NCBI GenBank assembly: GCA_951406725.2
Contig: OX597822.1
Coordinates: 14,570,001 to 14,634,000 of the forward strand
DNA length: 64,000 nucleotides
Direction of reading: 5' to 3'
Origin: Octopus vulgaris
Taxonomy: Eukaryota
Under the pieces are notes generated by a model. The model searched no databases, was not told where the DNA came from, and saw only the letters and a list, made by a program, of their open reading frames with translations. Positions 1 through 11,806 of the stretch are shown piece after piece. How positions within the stretch are numbered: the stretch's first letter is position 1; the number at the start of each line of letters is the position of its first letter. Position numbers and translations under genes: made by a program.

Positions 1-435
1 TTGCCTTTCATCCTTTCGGGGTCGATAAATAAAGTACCAGTTACGCACTGAGGTCGATGTAATCGAATTAATCCGTTTGTCTGTCCTTGTTTGTTCTCTC
101 TGTGATTAGCCCCTTGTGGGTAGTAAAGAAATAGAAATAGGTATTTCGTCTGCCGTTCGTTCTGAGTTCAAATTCCGCCGAGGTCTACTTCGCCTTTCAT
201 CCTTTAAGGCGGCGAGCTGGCAGACACGTTAGCGCGCCGGGCGAAATGCTTAGCGGTATTTCGTCTGTCGTTACGTTCTGAGTTCAAATTCCGCCGAGGT
301 CGACATTGCCTTTCATCCTTTCAGAGTCGATAAATAAAGTACCAGTTTCGCACTAGGGTTGATGTAATCGACTTAATCCCTTTGTCTGTCCTTGTTTGTC
401 CCCTCCATGTTTAGCCCCTTGTGGGCAATAAAGAA
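1..435 (+). mobile_element. SINE family A (tRNA-headed, GCCTTTCATCCTTTCGGGGTCGATAAA core): headless units plus a full copy at 207-435 with tail A
   Basis: Head GGCGGCGAGCTGGCAGA.ACGTTAG (A-box-like) and GAGTTCAAATTCC (B box); more than 20 similar copies in the window; core resembles the Nin/Deu-type SINE central domain. Confidence 0.85.
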
Positions 436-526
436 AAAAAAAAATATATATATATATACACACACACCCACACACACGAGTATAAGTACATATATGTATG
501 TATGTACGTACGGAAGTATACACGTA

Positions 527-742
527 ATAATCCTTTCTACTATAGGTTCAAGGCCTGGAATTTTGGATATGGGGTAAGTCGATTACATCGCTCCCAGTAC
601 TCAGCTAGTGCTTAATTTATCGACTCCGAAAAGGAATAAAGAGCAAAGTCGACCTGGCAGAATTTGAACTCAGAATGTAAAGATCGACGAAATGTCGCAA
701 AGTATTTTTACCTAGTGTGCTAACGGTACTGCCAGCTCACTG
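527..742 (-). mobile_element. SINE family A, tail-B variant, diverged
   Basis: Reverse complement of head and core, ending ...AGGCCTTGAACCTATAGTAGAAAGGATTATT. Confidence 0.8.
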
Positions 743-789
743 CGTACATATAATTATACAAAAATACGTGCATAATACAAAGATACGTG

Positions 790-791
790 TA

Positions 792-883
<92 letters not shown>

Positions 884-905
884 AGTCTATCTGTCTGTCT
901 GTCTG

Positions 906-991
<86 letters not shown>
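790..991. repeat. Compound microsatellite (TATC)n-(TA)n-(TG)n
   Basis: Directly visible. Confidence 0.95.
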
Positions 992-994
<3 letters not shown>

Positions 995-2610
995 CTTTGT
1001 TAGCCACTCAGGGCTGCACACAGACGGGACAGATTACAAAGTAGAGCTTTTCTTTTTTGGGAGGAAAAAAGGAAAAAAGGGGAAAAAACGATAAATAGAG
1101 ATCGTGTATCACAGTGTCATGATGTAAGGTGTAAAGGGAGAAGCAGATAAGGTTTATCCGTGGGAAGAAAAGCCTACGGAAAAGACCACGGTTACCTCGG
1201 TCAATATTGTTACATGTTACCACATTTGTTTGCAAGTGGGTAACCCTCTGTTTTAAATTTCCAGGTTCATAGGATTATGCTCAAGGTGGCTTCGTCATTC
1301 ATACGTGCCATCCTTGCTACATTCACCCTTTTTTTTAAAAAACATTCGCTAGACAAAACTTGCCTCTCTACTCTCACTTTCCTTTTCAAGTGATACTTGA
1401 AGAAGTTGATGAGAGATTGACTAGAGAGGAAAGTGTTTGTCTCCAATCCTTTCAGACGCGTCCACCAGATACATTCTTTCACCATAGCCACAAGGATGAT
1501 GAAAACAGCTCTTCCTTCCCGTTTGAAGGAAGGAGGTGTGACGATATTGACGATAGACTCGGCTGATAAACCGACTCGTCCCCCACGTGACAGCAGTCGT
1601 TCGACATAAGCCCACAGGTCGGAGATTGTTGGACACTGCACGAGTACGTGCAGAACGGTTTCGTCGCTCTTGCCGCATCTCGGGCAGGTCGGCCCCGTGT
1701 TTCTCGGGCCGTGTCTGTAGAGCTTATCCCGAACTGGTAGCGCTTCTCGGTAGCACTGCCAAGCCAGGGATATCTAGAAGTTGTCCATAGCTCCCGGCCC
1801 GAAAGTCGTCTTGAACAGGCGGGTCAGGTATTCCTCGTCGACGCCCAGGTTCGCTCTGAGATCGTCGTCGTACCTCCTCTCCACTAATCTCCTATAGAAT
1901 GTTTTGTTTGTGTTAGAGTTACTCAAGGTCGACCCGGGACGGCATTGTTGCTTAAGAGCAAAGCGACACTCGCGGTGCCATTCGCCCTTCCTCGGCCTCT
2001 TTTTGATCCACGATTGCAATTCGGTCATGGAGACGAGTTGCGGGAAAGCGTGCCTCACAAACGGTGACCACATCAGTTCACCGTCGTCTACGTAGAGCCT
2101 GAGATGTCGCAGTCTCAGCTCGTGTCTGCGCATCATCAACCACGGCATGCCCAGTCCTCCTTTTAACGGGTGTTGACAGCAAATGGATCGCCTGACCATC
2201 GGGACGCATCCTTTCCACAAGAAGCGGAAGAGAATGCGTTCTAGTTTGGTGATGGTAGTGTCGGGACAAGGCACGACCGTCAGACGGTAGTAGATGATGG
2301 ACACGATGTACATGTTCACCACCTCGGCCCGACCTTTTAGGGACTGATTCCTCTCGGCCCATTGCCGGGCGAGAATGACCACCCTACTCGTTATCTTGTT
2401 CCAGTTCTTTTCCATTTGGAAGTCCGGACCAAACCAGACCCCGAGCAACTTGACCGGACCGTCGGTCCAGCGTCCCACGACGGAGGCGCTGGTGGACGGC
2501 ATGGGCTTGCTTCTCCAGGTGCCGAGTCGCAAGCCCACTGATTTTTCCGGTTGATTTTGATTTTCGCTCCTGTCACCGCTTGGTAGTTCTTCAGTGTCTC
2601 GCCGACCCGC
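992..2610 (-). mobile_element. 5'-truncated Tx1/L1-clade LINE: ORF2 post-RT C-terminal part (frameshifted) plus 3' UTR
   Basis: ORF 1774-2538 has LLGVWFG...SLKGRAEVVN...LFRFLWKG...KGGLGMP and ORF 1267-1641 has QCPTISDLW...KECIWWTR, typical of L1/Tx1 ORF2; 3' end ...GTGGCTAACAAAGAAA abuts (CA)n. Confidence 0.85.
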
Positions 2611-2611
2611 T

Positions 2612-2816
<205 letters not shown>

Positions 2817-2965
2817 ACGCTTACGTGTTTACTCTGAACTTTTAATCTTATCTTAATTAGCGGTCATTGAATTAGCGCTTTATATAAGTAGCGGTCTGTA
2901 ACACAGTATAACACAGTATAACGGACCCTTTGTATAACGGTCTTTTTTCATAGCGTATTTCAGTT

Positions 2966-3037
2966 GGCCAGATAACCGAAGAGATGGTGGTGTGGATTTC
3001 CACCTCGGTATCCGAAACTCAGAGCTTTATCTTGGCT
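2966..3037 (+). ncRNA. Degenerate type-I hammerhead in a PLE-like fragment (about 2816-3140)
   Basis: GGCCAGAUAA-CCGAAGA-[GAU.GGUGG..CCACC..AUC]-CGAAA-CUCAGAG-CU-UUAUCUUGGC; helix I pairs well; the cleavage-site U appears mutated. Confidence 0.55.
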
Positions 3038-3227
3038 ACTGAATAATTTTCACATATTATTTTACAGATAAATTCCCCTATTTACATAATATTGAGGTCT
3101 CTTTCTTTCGTTTGTCATCTTACCTTTTTTTACCAATATTTATCTATCTATCTTGTCCTTCAGCCCATTCGTGACCCTCTACTGCATATGTTTCCCCCCT
3201 TTCGCTTTTCTTGGTTCCTTTATGTCC

Positions 3228-3965
3228 ATTGATGCTAAGATGGATAAAGAAATTCAGTCCAGAATTGAGAAAGCTAATTCCACTTTTGGAAAGCTTTATC
3301 ATAGGCTTTGGAACAGCACGACCTACGGTTGAAGGTGAAGGTTATTTATAAGTCGGTGGTCTTGACAGCATTGTAATTTTTGCGCACTATCTCAACATAA
3401 AACCTAGTGACCATATTCGTAACAGTGAGGTGCTAGCAAAATGCAACATATGAAGTAGTGAAGCTATCCTCATCAAAATACAGCTTAGATGGTTAGATCA
3501 TCTCTCACGTGTGAGTGGTATCAGGATTTCGAAGCGACTTCTCTTTGGCCAATTCCCAACAGAAAGGTCAGTTGGAAGGCAACTCTGGTACTTCATAGAC
3601 AAACTAAAAGACAATCAGAAACGATGCAACATTCCCTTTTCTTCTTGGGAAAACAAAGCATCAGAAAGCAGGGCCTGGCGCCAGTCCTGCTTCCCCTCAG
3701 TTCAAAGATTTGAACAAAAACGACTCCAACACCGGGACCAACTTCGTGCAAGAATGAAGACACTCTGACGAAACACGGCTTCTCTAAATGGAAACCTTAC
3801 CTGTCATTGTGGTTTTGAGGCGCAAAGAAAAGCAGGCCTAGCTGTCCACTTAAGAAAACACATAATAAATAATCCACTAATACTCAAGCAAACTGAGTCC
3901 TCAACTTCTTACATTTGCCAAAATGTTTGCAAGGCATCAGCGGGCCCCATAAAACATGATTAATG
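3228..3965 (+). mobile_element. RTE-clade LINE remnant (post-RT region plus C-terminal zinc-finger-like motif)
   Basis: IDAKMDKEIQSRIEKANSTFGKLYHRLW...IQLRWLDHLSRV...KRLLFGQ...AWRQ; LTCHCGF...GLAVHLRKH; contains stops and frameshifts. Confidence 0.8.
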
Positions 3966-4077
3966 CTCTATTTTACTGAACTTCCATTTGTCGTTTACAC
4001 CGAGAGAATTCCTCCTCCTCGTCCTCCCCGTCCTCCTCGTCGTCGTCCTCCTCCTCCTCCTCATCATCAACATCATC

Positions 4078-4144
<67 letters not shown>

Positions 4145-4312
4145 ATTAGGGAGTAAATCCAAACTTACATGGAAAAATTAGATATAGGATTAAATCAAAT
4201 TTCACAGTATAAATATAAATTCAATTAGAGATGAAACCATTATTAGGCAAATCAAACAGTGAAAAGCATAAACCAAAACATAAAATTAAATATAATTAAT
4301 ATAATACACAAA

Positions 4313-4690
4313 ATATATAAAATTTAAAATTAAATTATTTAAATTTAAAATTTCTAATTTATAGTTATAAATTTTTATATATTTTATATAAAATTTTTTT
4401 TTTTAATTTTAAATTTATAAATTTTTAAACTTTTAATTTTTTAATATTATAATTTTTTTTATATATAACTATCAAAATAATTACTTATACTTATTATATT
4501 ATATTAAACTTTTTAATACCTTTTTGATAGTTATAGATAAAAAAAAATTATAATATTAAAAAATTAAAAGTTTAAAAATTCACAAATTTTAAATTTAAAA
4601 AAAATAAAAATAAATATAAGAAATATAAAAATTTATAAATATAAATTAAAAATTTTAAATTTAAATAATTTAATTTTAAATTTTATATTT
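4313..4690. repeat. AT-rich imperfect palindrome (about 165-bp arms, about 45-bp spacer)
   Basis: ...TTATAATTTTTTTTATATATAACTATCAAAA versus TTTTGATAGTTATAGATAAAAAAAAATTATAA...; same family as 15616-16305. Confidence 0.85.
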
Positions 4691-5164
4691 TAAACTGATT
4701 ACTAGATAGATGAACAGACAAATAAAGGCTAGAGAGAGAGAGAGAGAGACAAATAAAGAGAGAGAGAGAGAAAGTGAAAGGTAGAGAGCTAGTTATGATT
4801 ATGTCTTGACGTTCCTTTTCTCGTCCTCGTCTTTCTATCGAAACATCTTTATCAGTCTCCGTCTCTATATATGTACCTATTTTTAAAACACACACACACA
4901 TATGTATGTGTATGTGTCGTAATATAAATTACATATTTTGTCAATAGTATTATGAGATTTCACTGCGTATTTCCTATAAAATATATTCTAATATTAGGAC
5001 ACATAAACCGTTAATGGCCATATTTTCCGTTAAGGGTTAATATGCCCTTACACTAGATTATTTTTATATACTCAATATATGGTGAGGGGTCATTGTCCTA
5101 TTTGCAAAGTTCCGCTCGCCATCGTTTCCTAATTAACGCTGAATTCGCAAATGTTTATATAAGT

Positions 5165-5549
5165 AATCCATTCTACTCAAGGTACAAGGCCTATAATTTC
5201 AGGGAGGGGTAAGTCGATTATATCGACCCCAGTGCGTAACTGGTACTTAATTTATCAACCCCCGAAAGGATTAAAGGCAAAGTCTACCTCGGCGGAATTT
5301 GAACTCAGAACGCAAAGACAATCGAAATACCTATTTCTTTACTACCCACAAGGGGCTAAACACAGAGAGGACAAACGGATTAAGTCGATTATATCGACCC
5401 CAGAGCGTAACTGGTACTTATTCAATCGACCCCGAAAGGATGAAAGGCAAAGTCGACCTCGGCGGAATTTGAACTCAGAACGTAACGGCAGACGAAATAC
5501 AGTTACGCATTTCGCCCGGCGTGCTAACGTTTCTGCCAGCTCGCCGCCT
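5165..5549 (-). mobile_element. SINE family A dimer (head-body-tail A + body-tail B)
   Basis: Junction AAAGAAATA|GGTATTTCG on the minus strand near 5330. Confidence 0.85.
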
Positions 5550-5578
5550 TGATAACAACAACAACAACAATAACAATG

Positions 5579-5614
<36 letters not shown>

Positions 5615-6384
5615 TTTTTTTCTGATATTTTGTGGGAACAGGCCAGTTGATTGGATCACCCGGCATGCTGTCGTTTCTGGCAGCTCGCCGCCTCAATGTT
5701 TATATAAATAATATGGTCTTTTCTGTTTGGTTTAATTTTCCAGTTCCTTTAATTTTGTTCCAATTGATTTAAAATTTCATCATATTGATGTAGCTTTATA
5801 TGATTATTATGGAAAAGAAATTACCTTTGCCATAAATAAGTAAATAAAAAGTTAATAGCTTTTAAATTTTGCTGTATAATTTTAGCCAATCGTAAGCCAC
5901 AGACACAATGGTGCTTGTTTCTATCGTCTGCTTAAAACTACTATAGCTACTACGTGCCTATAGTTTGAACTTTCATTTTTTTGAACTTTCGTTGCCGAAA
6001 ATGTATTGTTCACATGAACTAAATTATTCCTAGAGTATAACGTACAATTTTTTTTTTTCGTAATTTGTAATTTTTCACAAAAAAAAAAAAAAAGAATTTC
6101 ATTGAATATTTTACCTTTTTAAATTGTTTACACGCCTATTCGAACGTTTGTTTTGCATTCTTTTATTAGACGGAAAGAGATATGGGACTTTTCTGTTGCT
6201 GTTACAGTTTTTGAACTTTTAATATTGAGTGAAATTTCTCAAATTTGATATAAGGATGGAAATTTTCATGCTGAAACCGAATACCGAATTTTTTTATTCA
6301 CTTGTTCTAGAAAAAATTTAGAAATATGCTCACTAAAAATATGTTACTAATTGATTAGTCCTAGGTCATCTACTAGTCAGATTG

Positions 6385-6510
6385 ATCCTAAACGCCAACC
6401 TAAACCCTGATTCTAACCCTAAACCCCAACCTTAAGATGTGATTCTAAACCCTAAATCTAACCATAAACTCAAATCCTAAAACATAATTCTAAATCTGAA
6501 CTCTAACCCG
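6385..6510. repeat. Degenerate telomere-like (TAACCC/TAAACC) tract
   Basis: CCTAAACCCTGATTCTAACCCTAAACCCCAACC...CTCTAACCC. Confidence 0.55.
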
Positions 6511-6587
6511 AAGGCCTAATTCTTAGTAGCTTAGAGTAGGCTCGAATTAGAGATTATTCTTTGTGGCTTATGACGTGAGTTCTGATT

Positions 6588-6783
6588 GGAAGAAGAAGAA
6601 GAAGAAGAAGAAGAAGAAGAAGAAGAAGAAGAAGAAGAAGAAGAAGAAGAAGAAGAAGAAAAAGAAGAAGAAGAAGAAGAAGAAGACGAAGAAGAAGAAG
6701 AAGAAGAAGAAGAAGAAGGAGAAGAAGAAGAAGGAGAAGAAGAAGAAGAAGAAGAAGAAGAAGAAGAAGAAGAAGAAGAAAAG
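6588..6783. repeat. (GAA)n microsatellite
   Basis: Directly visible; explains the polyK/E/L/F ORFs. Confidence 0.95.
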
Positions 6784-7063
6784 CAACATCAACTACAACA
6801 ATAAACAACGGCAAGAATCTGCTAAAAGGGAGCGTCCACGTGTTTACTCAACAAAGTAGAAATAGCAACCAAATTCTTTTCAAACATCTCTGCTCGCTCT
6901 TTAAGCATGAAAGACTAATATTGGATTAATTGTTTCTGATGAAAATCAATCGACGAAATGCTCACAGTTGATTTTCCATTTTGATAAGTCTGCTTTGATC
7001 AGGTCTGGCCAAGGGCTAAACAGTAAGAATAAGCTGTAGCATTCTTAATCATGGCTTGACCTG

Positions 7064-7108
<45 letters not shown>

Positions 7109-7345
7109 ATAGTGACGTGAAGACGATGGGCACGAACGAGAGGTTGTCAGTGAAGTGAAACCGGAGAAATTAACCGAATGATTTTGATTGGAACAGCGAT
7201 GATTGTTGGAGGCGGGGGGCGAAAAAATAAATTAAAAAAGCACTGCAAATGCGCATATAGAAATGCATTTGCATCAACACCAGCTGCAGATAATTTGGCA
7301 GCTGTTGCATCAACAGAATTTACAACACAACAATAACGTCTGCCA

Positions 7346-7426
<81 letters not shown>

Positions 7427-7459
7427 TATACATACAGGTATACATATATATACATATAG

Positions 7460-7652
7460 GCCAGTAATCTTTGGTGAGGTGGGTAAGTCCATTACATCGA
7501 AACCAGGGCTCAAATGATGCTTATTTTATTGGCGTCGAATGGATAAAAGGCTAAGTCAACCTCGGCAGAATTGTAATTCAGACCGTGAAGATGGACGAAA
7601 TGCCGCTAGACGTTTTGTTCGGCGTGCTAACGATTCTGCCAGCTCACCGCCG
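7460..7652 (-). mobile_element. SINE family A, diverged
   Basis: GTGCTAACGATTCTGCCAGCTCACCGCC head on the minus strand. Confidence 0.75.
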
Positions 7653-7687
7653 TCAGAATATATTTCATACGTATCTAAACATATACA

Positions 7688-7739
<52 letters not shown>

Positions 7740-7740
7740 T

Positions 7741-8330
7741 ACAACTTATAAATAAGGGCAAACGAAAAAATTTCTAATGACAAATATGCCGAAATTTGAC
7801 AAATTTTCCATAACCATATAATTTTTCACAATACGCACGCTACTCGAAAAAAGGTCGACAGAAATTTCTAAAAATCCCATTATTACCATATCGGACCGAT
7901 TTCAGGCTTAGTTCATAAGAACCCTCCCTTCGTCAGTGATAAATGTGGCAAAGAAATAAATGAGATACTTACTCATACCCATGGAAGAAGCAAAACCTAA
8001 GTTATGAGCACAACTAAGTACCCCAAATACATCCAAAATAGAAATTCACCAGCCCATTCAAGACACGTGCGATTTGGACTGAGGCTCTCACAGAGTGAGA
8101 GAGTCCGGAAGTGAACACTATTAAATAGTAAGTATGGAACACTGGTGGGATTATTATTTGTATGGACTTAAAGATTGGTTGCTATTTAGTTAATAACTTA
8201 GTTATTGCAGGCTTTACTATTAATACCGATACAGATGTACATAGATTTATGTGCTATTTTGTTGTAGTTTAATTTTAAAGTTAATGTTTAATCCTGCCTA
8301 TATTTGATTGAATACTGTTGTACATAGGGT
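7741..8330 (-). mobile_element. Penelope-like pseudo-LTR fragment, copy 1
   Basis: 7741-8126 is directly repeated at 8829-9210; contains an HHR; abuts (TA)n. Confidence 0.7.
7876..7948 (-). ncRNA. Type-I hammerhead ribozyme (canonical core)
   Basis: UUUAUCA-CUGACGA-AGG[..GUUC-UUAU-GAAC..]CCU-GAAA-UCG-GUC-CGA-UA^UGGUAA; all three helices pair. Confidence 0.85.
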
Positions 8331-8427
8331 AAATGTACATTATTTACATTATTTACATTATTTATATTTGACGGATATTGACGGAAATTTCGAACTTGGG
8401 TTCTCATTCCTAAGGTATTTTTCGAAA

Positions 8428-8477
<50 letters not shown>

Positions 8478-8481
<4 letters not shown>

Positions 8482-8552
8482 TCACACCCTGAAATCGAAC
8501 TCGGAATCTTGGGGTTAGTAGCCCATGGTCTTAACCACTGCGCCATATGTCC
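8478..8552 (-). pseudogene. tRNA-like sequence (anticodon loop CT-ACT-AA) with (AAT)n tail; probably a short tRNA-derived SINE
   Basis: GGACATATGGCGCAGTGGTTAAG...GGGCTACTAACCC...CCGAGTTCGATTTCAGG; A and B boxes present, acceptor stem poor. Confidence 0.6.
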
Positions 8553-8668
8553 GCCATTGACTATTGAAAAGGTTGCGAGACGCAACGAAAATTTTAGGAA
8601 AATATAAATAAGAAATAGTGGGAATTTTACTGGTGAGTGTGTTAAATTGACTCTCCCCAGACACAACA

Positions 8669-8734
<66 letters not shown>

Positions 8735-8749
8735 GTATATATATTTAAT

Positions 8750-9210
8750 GTAGGATAAAAATTTTTCGAAAAACAAATTTATCAATGGCCAGCATATCAA
8801 AAAATACCTTTAAAGGTTAAATTTATAAACAACTTATAAATAAGGGCAAACGAAAAACTTTCTAATGACGAATATGCCGAAATTTGACAAATTTTCCATA
8901 ATCATATAATTTTTCACAATACACACGCTACTCGAAAAAAGGTCGACAGAAATTTTTTAAAAATCCCATTATTACCATATCGGACCGATTTCAGGCTTAG
9001 TTCATAAAAACCCTCCCTTCATCAGTGATAAATGTGGCAAAGAAATAAATGAGATACTTACTCATACCCATGGAAGAAGCAAACACTAAGTCATGAGCAC
9101 AATTAAGTACCCCAAATACATCCAAAATAGAAATTCACCGACCCATTCACGTGCGATTTGAACTGAGGCTCTCACAGAGTGAGAGAGTCAGGAAGTGAAC
9201 ACTACTAAAT
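8750..9210 (-). mobile_element. Penelope-like pseudo-LTR fragment, copy 2
   Basis: Near-identical to 7741-8126. Confidence 0.7.
8965..9037 (-). ncRNA. Type-I hammerhead ribozyme (CUGAUGA core)
   Basis: Same fold as 7876-7948, with CUGAUGA. Confidence 0.85.
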
Positions 9211-9226
9211 TTATATTTAATGTAGG

Positions 9227-9311
<85 letters not shown>

Positions 9312-9691
9312 TTTCGAAAAATACCTTAGGAATGAGAACCCAAATTCGAAATTTCCGTCAATATCCGTCAAATATAAATAATGTAAATAAGTAAAAAAAG
9401 AAAGTGAAAGCTTTATATTCAGTTCTCTCCAGAACAAAACCACAATTGAGTTTAATGAATAATATAATTATTATGAGTGAAATCCATTATTTCATAATCC
9501 AAAAGTTAATTATAAAAGCACGACATACTCGTTAATATATATTGCCCTTACAAGCTTTAATGTAAACTGAACAGTAACTAATAGAAAAAATAAATTTATT
9601 AATTAGAACTGATACATACACACATATATATATATATATATATGTACATATTTATATATTCACACATAGATTTATGCATACACATATAATG

Positions 9692-9741
<50 letters not shown>

Positions 9742-9743
<2 letters not shown>

Positions 9744-10140
9744 TTTTTAGTTTCAGATCAGAGCTGCGGCCATGCTGATTACACCACCGTTTTGCTGCAC
9801 TGCTATTACTAAGATCCTCCTCTAATATGTGGCACTTGGTGAAGAATGGAGTTTGATATAGCTACCCTCATTTGCACCTCTTGCCGTGAGGTAGTTCATC
9901 TGGGACTCTCGACAGGAAGAGGTCCAGCTTTGATTTTAAAACCCCTGCATCTACTTTGTGCAAGTTCCTCAGACTCTTTGGGAGAACATTAAAAAGTTGT
10001 GGGCCCTTGAAACCCAGGCTGTTGCAGTAACTGGTCCTGAAGTGTGATGGCATTGCTGGGATCCTTGACACTATGCAGTGTCGTCCCGTTCTGGCATTGG
10101 TGTAGCTTTCAATGCCAAAATTTGGCACAATTCCTTCCAA
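9742..10140 (-). mobile_element. 3' end of a CR1-group-like LINE (ORF2 C-terminus plus 3' UTR)
   Basis: EGIVPNFGI...RTGRHC...KGPQLFNVLPKSLRNL...KSKLDLFLSRVPDE; second copy at 39669-39975. Confidence 0.75.
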
Positions 10141-10194
10141 TATATATATATATATATATATTCATTTATAATAAATAAGTTACTTGCTTACTAG

Positions 10195-10423
10195 AACTCA
10201 TAGGGCTGATTATCCGTGTTTCGGACTCTATAAATGTCCGAGGTCACAACATTTTCCCTGAATGGAACGCCAGTCCATTTCAGGTTTACTCATTTACGGC
10301 TGAGTGAACTGGACTATAGTGAAATGAAATGGTTTGTCCAAAGTACTGCCCGTTGCTGGAGTCGAAACCACGATTTTGCAGTCGTGAGTGCAACAGTCTA
10401 ACCACTACACCACATGCCTTCGC
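10195..10423 (-). mobile_element. SINE family C, diverged
   Basis: tRNA-like head (GGCATGTGGTGTAGTGGTTAG...GGTTTCGACTCC) and TCCAGTTCACTCAGC core shared with 44608-44915. Confidence 0.65.
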
Positions 10424-11041
10424 ATAAATACATAACTTTTATATTTAACATGCATATCAAGGAAATTAATTAAAACATCAGTTCACCATATCACCCCGCC
10501 TCTCTCCCTGTCCCCCTCTTGCTCGCTCTTCCTCTGTCTGTATATCTATATTATGCTCATGCACGTGCTAAGCGTTGCGCAACCAGGAGTAGAGAAACCG
10601 GTTTCAATTAATGTTCGAAAGGTTTCATTGCAGTTTCAAACACTTTAGTCTGCAAAACCGATTTCCTGCCGTACTTAATGACGGGGCAATGAATGAAGCT
10701 ATTTCAACACTATTTCAATCGATGCTCAACACGAGACCGTGGATTACATGGTGAAGGGGAGCCAGTTAACGAGCCATGAAGTGTTGCGAGACATTTAAAA
10801 AAAGCTATAACGTGTATATCTATATATATCTATATCTGGATGGACTCATATTAAACTCTGTTGGACTTTTGGAGTTTACTCAAAGGATATTGGAATATAA
10901 CACATATATAACATTATGCCTATAAAACAGATTTATGAACTCAATAACCATACATAACTTACATCCATTTCCTTTCCTCCACCTCACTCTCTATTTGTAT
11001 CACATCGAAACTAACAATGACTTAATTTTTCCTCTCACACC

Positions 11042-11099
11042 GTCTCCGATGACGGGATATTATTATTATTAATTAATATACTAGAAACAGCTGTAAGAC
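11042..11099 (+). ncRNA. Type-I hammerhead, U4C core, palindromic helix III, in a PLE-like fragment (about 10830-11170)
   Basis: GUCU-CCGAUGA-[..AUAUUA..UAAUAU..]-GAAA-CAGCUG-UA^AGAC; base of stem II imperfect. Confidence 0.7.
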
Positions 11100-11310
11100 T
11101 TTCTGTCTATAAAAGCTCTAATATCTATACAGCCTTGGTTTTTTTTATGTCATTACGAAAAAAAAATTCTTATATACACACGCTGACATAGAACCAACAT
11201 TGAACCCTTTATTCGCATTATTACCGAATCTGGAACTTAATTACGGTCTGTCTATAGCACTTATTCAGCATTACCTGACACCTTTGGGTCTCAATGACAC
11301 CATTATCTTT

Positions 11311-11386
<76 letters not shown>

Positions 11387-11504
11387 GAGAGAGAGTGAGA
11401 GAGAGAGAGAGATTTTATACATGTGTACATATGGATAGATGTACATATATGCATATACAAGGGGAAATCTAATTTCACATCCAAGTACCAAAACTTATAC
11501 TTTG

Positions 11505-11660
11505 CAGGAAGAGAACCCGTAAGACCTCTGACAACAGGTTGCTGTCCGCTTTCATAATATCAACCAGAGCAAATAAGACCGAGAACTCAACAACAACAAC
11601 AACATCCGCAACAACAATAATAATAATAATGATGATGATGATGAACTCAATACAAAGATC

Positions 11661-11713
<53 letters not shown>

Positions 11714-11806
11714 CATCAGAGCATCACAACAAATCACAGCAAATACCCAAGGCACAAAGAGCTGCGCTCGGTAGTGAAGTGAAAGCACGCTATAAAAATA
11801 AAACTA

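Noticed and set aside
3763-3780. CTGACGAAAC hammerhead-like word
   Set aside because: No room for stem II; lies within the RTE remnant.
6930-6972. CTGATGA...GAAA spaced like an HHR
   Set aside because: Helices I and II do not pair.
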